Source of the DNA: Daphnia carinata
Lineage: Eukaryota
Reading direction: 5' to 3'
DNA: 64,000 nucleotides
NCBI RefSeq assembly: GCF_022539665.2
Contig: NC_081331.1
Coordinates: 5,704,001-5,768,000, forward strand
The notes beneath the pieces were generated by a model that worked only from the letters and a program-made list of their open reading frames with translations, had not been told where the DNA came from and made no database searches. A program made the position numbers and the translations under genes. This document shows, piece by piece, positions 1 through 10,800 of this stretch (the first letter of the stretch is position 1; every line of letters starts with the position of its first letter).

Positions 1-1106
1 ATTTAACTGTGTCAGAATCCGATACCAAGTTTTTGTTTTTTTCCCTCAACATCGTTGTTTTCGAATTTTCTTTGATAGATGAGACTTTTGACTTCTCGTT
101 AACAGAAGAGCGTTTCGATTCCGAATCCAATGGCTTTCGTTGTAAGTGAACAGATTCGGCTTTAGCAGGGTCTTTGGAAGCTTTTTTTGGCGGATGATTA
201 GATGCTACCACAGTTTTTAAAGACTGACGAGTATTTTTGCTCACGGGGACGCTGGGATTCTCCGCCTTGTTACGGATTCGAGTTTTCATTGTCACAGGTT
301 CTAAGTTTGAAGTTATTTTCTTGGCGGATAAGGTACGATTGTTTTGCGACAGTTTTCTTTTTTTCACAGTAGCAGAAGATGGAGTTGGCCCATCTGAGCT
401 TTCTGCATCCGAATCTGAATCGCCGTTAGATGACGCTGAACTCGAACTGGACTGAAATTTTGCATTTCGTAACTGCGAACGGGTGGATACTCTCTTCGGC
501 AAGGGACTTGCTTTACGAACCTTTTTATTTTTATGAGTTAGGTTTCTCGAGGTTTTGGAAGCCGAAAGATCTGTGCAAGATTTCATAAGACCCATACGAG
601 TCATTATTCCGGAATTGACGATAGTTTTGCGAAAGCTGGAATGAATCCGGCCAACTGAGATTTTTGTTTGATTAACATTAGGTATTTTCTTTACTTGTGA
701 TGTTTGTTTAAGTGGCTTTGATTTGGAAGCCATTGGCAGTTTGGCTTCTGCCTGTTTCAGATCAACTTTGCTGCAAATTTCTTGCTTGGTAATTGTGCTT
801 CCAGATGGAATGACAGGCTCTGAAGAGGGAACTCCATTAGGGAAATTGTGATGTACAGGATCCCCAAAATAGTTTAAGGAACTTGGAAGAAAATTTGGGC
901 AACTTCGAAAACACAAAAATTCTAAAAAATCTTCAGTCTTCGGGCAAACGTCCGGAACAACATAATTTGCTGGGTCATTATATGTAGAACCAGGTGCAGT
1001 TGATTGATTTGTTTGGTATGTTGATCCACTTTCCTTTTCTCTGTCTTTTAAAAGGGTAAAACTTGGACTTCCTTGAGCAAATTTTCGTTGTGCATGCACT
1101 TTAGTT
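1..1106 (-). CDS. Jarid2: Jumonji/JARID2 PRC2 cofactor, N-terminal coding exon (gene continues beyond left edge)
   Basis: Minus frame after the acceptor at 1107-1108 (tttcag) reads TKVHAQRKFAQGS...CPKTEDFLEFLCFRSCPNFLPSSLNYFG. These match the JARID2 K116 motif (QAQRKFAQS) and the PRC2/SUZ12-binding segment (PKTEDFLTFLCLRG..LPNSMVYFG). I translated it without a stop to ~180; its absence from the ORF track is consistent with it running off the window. A probable first coding exon (~1205-1284) is uncertain. Confidence 0.9.
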
Positions 1107-3027
1107 CTGAAAAGAAAAAAAAAGAATTTTTGCAATTGAAAACTATGCCTTCAATGGGACAACTTACGTAAAGGTAAACAATATATAGCAAAATCAAAAA
1201 GTACTTTCTCTCTTCTGTCATCCCACCAGACTCTCTCAGCTCTGCCACTTTTGTTTTCTTTTTCAGCAACATAATGGCACACATAAAATTAATTTACATA
1301 AAGGAAAAGATCAAACATCTTCAGCTAAAAACAACTTCGTGCCAACACTCGAATATACCACCACTAGATATAATGGAAAACTAAAGGAAGTTTTTATGTC
1401 AGTGAGTTTACGCGCGACTTGGCTGTTCCATACGGCGCAACGCATAAACAAAGTAGTTCTGCCGACGTTGCCGCTTTGCTTGTGCCCGTCAATCAACCCA
1501 ATCTACAAACTAATTTGGGGATCTGCCCCGCGTAAATCGGGTAGTTTTTTGGTCGATTGGTTTGGTTGTTTTGGGTTTCGGTGAGATTCTGCAGGTTTCG
1601 GTGCATCTTTTTCCTACCCATAAGCATTCAAATTGCTTATGGAGAGGACGAGTCGAAAAGAAAAATCGAGAAAAAGAAAAATTCGATTACGAATCCTGGC
1701 TACTGGATAGCAGTATCACAATGTTTTTTTCCCCCTGATCTTGCACGATTTAGTTAAGGGCGTTGTTTGGAAAATGACTGGGCTTCGAGTGAGTTTCGTT
1801 ACGTTTCGGAAGTCCACACGTTCCTCGTGCCATTGCGAAAAGGAAAAAAAAATGGTTTGCTAGACAAGAAATAACATAACGGTGAAATCAACATCGTCAA
1901 ATCTTGGAACTAACACATTCCATCCTTCATGCCATGAAAGACGTCTATTTCAGGTCGTTGGATCTATCGCCGGCCACTGAAGATTAACAGTTACCAGAGC
2001 TAGCCGATTGATACAATCCGTAAATACATCCGGAGAGCAAAGTCTGGTAAACATTCGGTCTTACTTTTCTCGGTGCAAATGCGCCACCGATGAGGGAAAC
2101 TAGGTTAGTTGCTCGCCGGAGCAAAGTAAACAATTACAATCAGCCAATGTTTAATGTCAAAATAAGACAGACGAGCAAAACTCAATCATACCTTAGCACG
2201 TTGAGGTAGAAAATGGCGTTGAAATTTCCATTCATCATTACGCAAAGTTTTTTTTTAAACAGCCATCATGCTTCGTAAATCTATGAATCGTGAAACTAGA
2301 TAACAGTGTAATGTTCTTGTTTAAAAAGGGGGGCGAACAACCAAAAAATGAAATGGTAACGAAAACAGAGCACAAAAATTGCTTCAAAGAAACCCACGTA
2401 GCAATTAACTTTTGCTGCTGTGGACGAACGATTAACGTGCTATTCTTAGACACGTTGACTTTGGACCGTAAAATACGTAATAAAATCTGCCAAATAGCGA
2501 CTTTTGTCTTTATTATTTCCTTTTGGTGAAATATGAATTTTGTAAACCCCAATCGTTTACCAAGACGTTTCCTGCTTTTCGAGTTTCCTTTGTTTGGCAG
2601 TTCTCTCCCATCGGGAACCTTGCTATCGAGAACGTGATTAACGAACTCTCAGCGTTTAGAAGAATGTAGTGAAAAAGGGAATGTGCGGGAATTGTTTAGA
2701 TCTGTGGATGCGAAATGACTCATTTTTATTTCTTCGTAGTAAAATGCCGTTTGCGAGTTGCCAATGTGTATCTGATGGATTGGGGTCAATTTCATTGCAA
2801 GCTTACGACCGCTTCTTCTGGGCGTCTTAAAAAATAAACAAACGGTGTTGCAGTCATAGACAGAGGAAAAAAACTGAAGGAAGAGGAGTGAGAGACGGAT
2901 AGGAAGGGAGGGGCCATTAGTTCGTCGGACGAAGCCTATACCAGTTCACGTTTGAGTTCTCTTCATCTATCGTGCAGTGGCTGTCTGAGTGGAGTATTCA
3001 TTTCATTTGTCTTCCACATTTTCAAGA

Positions 3028-6000
3028 ATGGGGAAATATGACATGCCCAGCACACTCGGTGATCAAAAGTGCAGTGAAGAGAGACGGGATAACAAAGATT
3101 TTCGAACGAGAAGCGGTCGAGCAAAAGTTCGAAAGTATGCTAATCGCCAAGCGTTTCAAGATCGTCGGAAGCCATGGACAACCACGAATGGTGCAACTTG
3201 CAATCCTAATCATTTTGATACCGTGGTGGACGATCCTACTTTTAGCATATCCAGCGAATCAAATACAAGTCGCACAGAATTGAAGAATTGCAATATTCAA
3301 ACTGGAGAGCCATCCTTATGGCTCAGCTGTTCCTCTGTTTGGACAGAGGATCAACTTAAGAATAGTATAGATGAATTACTGAGCAACCAAGAAGCAAGCT
3401 CGGTCCACATCAAAACCATACTAGGATCAACTGAACAGTCACGCAACTGGTCTGAATTACCTTCTTCCTGCTTCAATGCAGCAATCCTGTACGCTTCAAT
3501 GACGACCAACATTGCGATGTTACGTTTTTTTCTTCAGCGCGGAGCTAGCCCCAAGGCTGCAGATTCCGAGCAGAGAACAGCACTACATTACGCGGCCAGT
3601 TCTTCAGCGATGGTAGCAGCCGACTGTATCATTTCACTGAGAGAGTACGGTGCTGAAATCAATCCCTGGGATAAGCTCGGAATTGCTACGCCGTTGATTT
3701 GTGCAGCAGCCGCAGGAAATGCTGATGCGGTTAAAGTTCTGCTTCACGCTGGTGCTGATGTCAATGCTGGTTTGGCGGATCCCAAGTATCCCGACAGCTC
3801 GACACCTCTCGTTTGGGCCGTTCGAGCCCGTAGTGTCGCTTGTGCAATCCATTTGCTTGAAGCCGGAGCTGCTGTCAACAGTCCGCAGGCATATAGCGAA
3901 GCACCGATACACGTAGCAGCAACTCAAGGAGACACAGACCTGATGGAGCTGCTCTTGCAGAAAAAGGCAGACATTCGTGTCCTCTTCGGTCGTGAGCGAA
4001 TGAGTGCCTTGCATTTGGCAGCGGAACGCGGAAACTCTGGTTGCATTCATTTGTTGCTGAATGCCAAAGCAGATTGTAACACCGTTAATTTTCGCGGTCA
4101 AACACCTCTACATTTGGCCACGTTATCACAATCAGTCGAATCGGTTGCAGCACTGCTAGAAGCAGGGGCGAGGCACGACATCTGTGATAACGAACTCAAA
4201 TCTCCACTGCACAGCGCCATCATTAAAACCTCACGTTCCACTGATATTGTACATCTTTTGATCACTGCTGGAGCTGATATTAACAGACGCGACAACTTCG
4301 GTTGCACACCTCTTCATCTTGCAGCCATCAATGAGAATTCCAAAGCTGCTACAGTCCTCGTTCAAGCGGGAGCAGATCTGTCAGCTAAAACAAAAGGCGG
4401 AGTCTCTGCTTTGGACTTTCTGGTTCGACGAACTCCGGACGTTCTTGCCACTATTCCTCGTCGACTCGATTCCGCTGTGATACTGGCCGATCACGATCCA
4501 CTTGACCCTGATTGCGAACTCCATTTGGACTTTAAAGTTATAGTGCCTGGTGGAGATCAGCAACGGGTTGGTGAAACGGGCTTTTTGATCACTTTAGTGG
4601 CAGCTGGACAGAGGCACATACTTCAGCATCCCATCATAAGAGCCTTTCTTCACTTGAAATGGTTTAAAATTCGTGCTCTTTTCATAGTTTCACTTCTTTT
4701 TCATGCTGCGTTCGTTCTTTCTTTAAGTGCTAACATTCTTTCAATCTACGTCGTCCATCGCAACCGCAACTGTTCGATAGCCAATAATCAGCAACCGTCA
4801 GTGGACAATGAATCAGATGTAACGTTGGATTCAACCCATTGTCTATATCCTCAATGGCCGTTGTGGTTGCAAGACACTTTTAAATACTTGAATTTGGTAA
4901 TAATACGGTGTATGTCATATATGATAATCACGTCTAATTATTCTAACCGTAATAAGGCCTTTGGAGCTCTTTCGTTGGGAAAGGAATTCTTTCAGCTGCT
5001 TCAAACGCCAAGCGAATATGTTCGTAGCTCTGAAAACTACATACAGTGCTTCCTTATTATCGGTGTTGTGGCCATCAATCTGCCCAAGAATTTGAATCAC
5101 GGTGACTGGCAACAACATATGGCTGCAATCATTATAGTAGTGGCTTGGATGGAACTGATGATGCACGTTGGACGATTCCCAGGTTAGCACCAAATAACTT
5201 GAATTGTTTAATTACACATCACACGTTTACACCCGTTCTCTTCACTCAACAGTGTTCGGCCTTTACGTGCAAATGTTCACAACCGTCGCTGCAAACATTG
5301 CAAAATTTTTAACAGCTTACATGAGTTTAATTGTTGGTTTCTCTTTGGGATTATCTGTCCTCTATCCTGATACCGAATCCCTTGCACGGTTACCATATTC
5401 ATTGGTGACAACGATAGTTATGATGACAGGCGAGCTAGAGTACAGCAAATATTTTTATGAGGATTATAATCCTACTTATCCAATCACTACCCTTGTGGTC
5501 TTCTTAGCTTTTCTTCTTTTCATCGTCGTCGTACTGATGAACTTACTTGTTGGTTTGGCTGTCTCCGACATTCAAGGACTTCGCAAATCTGCTGGACTGG
5601 ATCGCTTAGTCAGGCAAACTCGATTGATTGCTCGCATGGAAAGTATTGTTTTTTCACCTTGGTTGAATCAACTGCCCTGTTGGTTTGACACACGAGCTAG
5701 AAAATTTATACAGAGAAAGATACTCGTTGTCCCTCCTACTCATCACCGAGTGTACACTGTCAGACCTAACGATCCACGTGACAATCGTTTTCCTCCAGAT
5801 ATCAAAGACAATATATTGAAAATTCTTTTAGCTAAACCACACAAGAAATCCTATCGGGAGCTTCATCGTAGTAGTACGAACCAGTCATCTCCTTTGACTG
5901 AAGAATTATTCGATGAGTTGATGCAAAACGTCCACAGACTGTGCCATAATTGCGTGTCACAAATAGTCCTCATGAATAGTTCGGTGGAAAATCGATTGTC

Positions 6001-6136
6001 TAAACTAGAGAATCAATGGTTTTCTACGAAAAAACAGTTAGACACGTTGATAGGAATACTAACGGAGAAAACACCCTCCACTGGCGCACAGCCACAAAAT
6101 GCAAATTATCCTGGACTTTCTAGCCATGATTTCTAA
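3028..6136 (+). CDS. TRPA-family cation channel, pyrexia/water-witch-like (~992 aa)
   Basis: join(3028..4896,4957..5182,5253..6136), GT-AG introns of 60 and 70 nt. About 8-9 ankyrin repeats (TALHYAA, TPLICAA, SALHLAA, TPLHLA), then HPIIRAFLHLKW, six hydrophobic segments, GRFPVFGLYVQMF, pore MMTGELEY and MNLLVGLAVSDIQGL. Start ATG 3028 inferred. Confidence 0.9.
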
Positions 6137-7258
6137 GAAAAAGTATTTCGATGGGGGAGAAAAGCAAAAGAATTCTGATTCAACTTCATCACAATATGTG
6201 GGGTTAGACTAATACCGTTATCAATACTTGCCGCATTTTGTATAGTGGATTTTCCAGTGACATTTATGTGTGGCTTTTATATATTTGAGTTATTTGACTG
6301 TTGTAACGTCTTTCTTTTAATTGCGTAACTTTGTACCAGCATCATTTTTTGCCGTTCAAGCAATTTTTTTTTGTTTATCTTTACTCTTTCAAACGTTGTT
6401 TCTGTTACAATGTATCCTGAATCAACACTATTAAGAAATACAAGAATTCTTTATGATCTGTGCAAAGAATGAATATACAGTGGTTCAATTCTCCGAACAA
6501 TTTCTTGTAATTCCACCTTATCTGCATTCTTGATACTCAATTCACAGTGACCATCAAATATTTTCAGTCTGATGCAATCCAGTTTGTATTGGTGACCTCT
6601 TTCAATCAATAAGGCCAAAATGTGGAACAAAAATGAATGTATTGGTACAGGCTAAAAAAGAGAGCGCATTGATTCCAATTCGACGCGTACAACAACAATG
6701 TCCGGTTCTGGACGCTGATCGACTTACATGGCATACAGCGGCATTCGTCACATTCACAACAAAACAACGACTCCTTGTACAAACTTGCGCGTGAGATTGG
6801 GAAAAAAAAAACATTTAAAAAAAAGAATGTCACAATCGCATACATTAAAGAAAAGAACACGTACAGCAAGAACATCAAAAATTTTATATGTAGGCTATCA
6901 GCCGACAGAACTACTATGTAATGTTAGTGCCTCGTGTAAGGAGAAGGTGCGTGTTAAAAATGATAGACGTATCCAAAAAGATTACGATGTGTGTCGATCT
7001 CAAAACTCAAAAAAAAAAAAAGAGGAAAACAAACAAAAACAAATGCAGAAAGCACTGGCACTTGAATAACCTTAATTATTTAATAGTTTTGTGAATTATT
7101 TTCTTTTTTTTGTGTGCGTGTTGTTTTCAGAATCCCCAAACAACAGCACTGCAAATCGGATTGACAACAAACTCAATTCTTCTTCATGGCAGGAAAACGG
7201 TAACACAATGTAGGAATCACACATTAGAAATCCATCAGACGAGAACTATCTCTGTCAG

Positions 7259-7837
7259 TCACAATGCAGTCAGGATGAGCTCATGATTATCCGCGTGCGG
7301 GAAGCCGGCCGAACGACAACGCAAATCGGGCTGCGATTGATAGCAGTAGGCTAAACGAGATACCGAACGACGACGACGTAAAGGCACCTGTGCCTGGCCC
7401 GGCGGAAGTGCGCCCAGCGATGAATGCAGAATGTTGGCCAAACGGATTTGCGGATTGTCGTTCAGTCTCTTCTTTCTCAGACGAGCCATTTTGGCTTGCT
7501 CCTCCAGCTGCAGCCAGCATGTGCGTCCCGCTTTGACGGTGTCGCAGCGCTGAACGGGGTTGACCCAATAGCAGTCATCATCGCTATGATAACTTAGGGT
7601 ATAGCGATCGTTTAAACGGTCGTGAAGGCGTCGATTGTTCCTCAATCGAATGGTGCATCTCTTCTCCAGCGAAGGAAGATGGCGAGACGGCGCTTGATCG
7701 GAATGGTTGAAGTAATATTTCGACGGTGGTGGTGGTGAAGGATGGACATGATAGATGGGCGGTGGAGGTGATGATGTGGGTGATGGTGATGGTGGAATTG
7801 CACTGGTGCGATATTTGGTAGTTCTGCCGGCAAATCC
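7259..7837 (-). CDS. Putative stop-codon readthrough extension (192 aa cytoplasmic tail) of the cholinesterase-like gene
   Basis: Same frame as the TGA at 7840-7838, with no stop until the TGA at 7261-7259. GC-richer and free of homopolymer runs, unlike flanking UTR. Contains PPIY and ends ELILTAL. Confidence 0.6.
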   Translation of the reverse strand, partial: GFAGRTTKYRTSAIPPSPSPTSSPPPPIYHVHPSPPPPSKYYFNHSDQAPSRHLPSLEKRCTIRLRNNRRLHDRLNDRYTLSYHSDDDCYWVNPVQRCDTVKAGRTCWLQLEEQAKMARLRKKRLNDNPQIRLANILHSSLGALPPGQAQVPLRRRRSVSRLAYCYQSQPDLRCRSAGFPHADNHELILTAL

Positions 7838-10800
7838 TCAGACAAGCGGCGTTTTACGTCTCATGCTGGCCAAACTCAAAATGAAGGCCACCAACAGGAC
7901 GGAAATGGCCGCAATCAACACCCACATGATGGACTGGTAGGGCTGAGTTGGATCTGTAATCAAATGAGAACCTTTTCAATTCAATCTGCATATGCACAAG
8001 AGATTTAAAATGAAATTACCGCCACGGAATCGGCTGTCGAATGGGGGCCTGTTGGTAGGATTGGCAACGTCTTCTTCTCCACGTGCAGCTCGTTCCAATG
8101 ACGGTAAAAACTCGTTCCAGAATTCCACTTTGTGTCGTGGGTAAGGTACACGAGCCAATTGTTCGCGGATTTCGTAGTTTTTCAGCTCATCTTTAGTTGA
8201 CGGTTCCCATTTGAATCCAAATTGTGAAGGTGTGGGGTCTCTGTAATATCACGACATTAATCGCATAAAAATTGCTGTTCGTAAAAGACGTCGTGATCCC
8301 TTTCAAACTTACCCTAACGTAGCGAATTCGAGCCAAGCACGTTTCATCAAGTCACTGACGGCCTCGTCCTGTCTGCTGAAACCTACGCCAATCTCTTGAC
8401 GGTAGACGGTGGGACCGAACAAGTACAGCAATTCTGAGCCGTGCGGAGCACCTGAAACGAAGCAATTCCTTTTTAATAACAGAAGAAACCAGACACCAAT
8501 CAATCAGATAGATCAAAACGCACCTGTTGTATTGAGAACGTTGTTGAACGGATCGGAGGTAGCGTAAGCATAACGGTAGATGTAAGTCGGGACGTTGTTT
8601 CGGACCAGACCGGTGACGAAATGATCGTGCGGAGCCTTGTAGTATGCTTCCGAGTAGAATTGGAGCAACTGCTGCAACATGCCGGCCTTATCTTTGTCAG
8701 CAACTTTGTCGAAATAGTGGTAACGGATCGTGCGATAGACAGCTTGCCATGCGGTACGAAAACCGTAAAAGTCAACGGCTCGCGGGATCGAAGCTGTCCG
8801 AACCAAATGCACTAGATCGTCGTAAGTTCGACGGGCCAAATTGCGAATCATGCCTGAGCAAACGAATCAAAACACATTTTCAATTTGCAACTCATTCAAG
8901 TCTAGTCTTTTTTTGTACAACAGTTTCACTTACTCAACATGCCAGCGCCTTCGCTTTCTGCCACGCCGGTCATGACACGCATTTTCTTATCGAAATCGCC
9001 TTTCTGCAGAGTTGCTTGCGGATTTTTGCCGAAAAAGGCTGACTCCATCGGCACGAAACTGTCGACAACGGGGCCAAACAGTTCAGTGGTGTTCAGATCT
9101 TTCTGATGGCGAGAAAAGGCTTGAAGAATATCGGGCACTTCACGCTCTCGCAGACAGTGAAGTAAATGTTCGTCGACACGATGAGATCGACATCCAAGTA
9201 AATAGGCAACAGCTTGAGCGGCATCTTTCGGATAGTGCGAAATGGCCCATGGTGCGAAAAGCGACCCAGACATGACTATGACTCGTTCAAACAATCCTAT
9301 TATTGCCGTAATTTTTTTTTTTTTTATGAAAAGGAATAAACAAAAACAAAGGTTAACATTGCCGATGGCGAAAAGGAAATTAGAAACAATACCTTTCGAG
9401 GTTGGTGAAACCATGTGCATGGAAACGCTAGCCGCTCCCGATCCGTGACCCATAAGTGTGACGTGAGTCGGATCTCCGCCAAATTTTCCAATGTTGTTTT
9501 GCACCCAACGAAGGGCCATGTGCTGGTCCCAAAGGCCCAAGTTACCGGGTGCTTCCGGGGTCTCCAATGATAAAAAGCCTTGAATTTTTTTTTTAAACAA
9601 AAACTTTCGTCATTCAGCTGTTTGTTTGTTTTTTTTCCAGTTAACACAGATTTTCAACAAACGATTATCAACAGTTGTTTTGTTTTTTTTCAAACATACC
9701 GAAAATGTTCAATCGATAGTGAACGGAGACAATAACAAGTCCTTCGGCAGCAAGATCCTCTGCTGGGTATTTTCCTGGATTGCCTTGAGTGAACATTTCA
9801 CCTTCCAGAAACACAATAACCGGATAGGTCTTGAAGTCCACTGGTAGCTGTTTTGGAAACAAATGAAGAAAAAAAATTAAAAGATTTGTTTCAATATTCT
9901 TGGAATTGTAAAGGCAGAACAGTTTCTTTAAAAAAAAAAAAAATATATTGAATGGAAGTTGGTTTAAAAATGAAAAGAAAATGACGCCATCATTGCAAAC
10001 ACAAAAAAACCATTGAAGAGTGAAAATCAGCCCAGAGGCAACAGTGAAAACGTTGGATTTCCCCAGTCCCGATTTGGGGAAGCAAAATGGCAAAACGAGC
10101 ATCAAACACGAAGAAAAGTTTGAAAAAGAAAAAAAAAATTATTACAGATGAAAAGGAAAACAAGGGAGAGTTTATGGGGTTTTGCACGATGACGTCAAGT
10201 TGTCACGACATTCGTGAAATTGGCTGAAACGGTTGCTGTCAACGCGCCAACTCCAATCGATAAGAAAGAAGTAAACGAAAAAACAGCAGCAAAAAAGGAA
10301 AAAACCAATGAATAATGAAAAATAAATCTTACCTCTGGAACCCAAACGTTCACGAAAAGACAATCTTCTGACGTTTTCAATCGATCCATGTCAGGTTGTG
10401 GGCACGCTGGCCCAAATTGGGTGGCGATGATGGCCTTGTTTGATGGCTGAATTTCTTCGGGCATCTGGAATTTTCCGAAAAATCAAACAACACACCATGA
10501 ATTTTAAACAATTAAAATTCTTTTTTCACGGGGAAATCCATTACGTTGCATAATATGCAAAGAAGAATCGCCCATCGCTGTTTCGCGCAGATGTTATCGA
10601 CGGATTTTTACCGCGACTCTTCCCCTTGGATTTAGATTTCCTTGTTTACGGTTTTCCCGAACGAATTTGGAAATTTTTTTCATCGTGGCAAGGCCCCACC
10701 TTTTCTTTCACCTTGAACCAGTCAGCTCATATAAGGAACGGCCGTTTCTAGGTTACGATCGAATACTAAAAAACGCTTGCTTCATTAATGCATTCCCATA

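Noticed and set aside
7642..7845. His-rich alternative-frame ORF (QFHHHHHPHHH...) after the TM exon, reachable by a 55-nt intron or a frameshift
   Set aside because: The putative acceptor lacks a pyrimidine tract; the His run is the shifted reading of CCA/TCA Pro-Ser codons; the frame closes early while the in-frame extension runs 192 codons.
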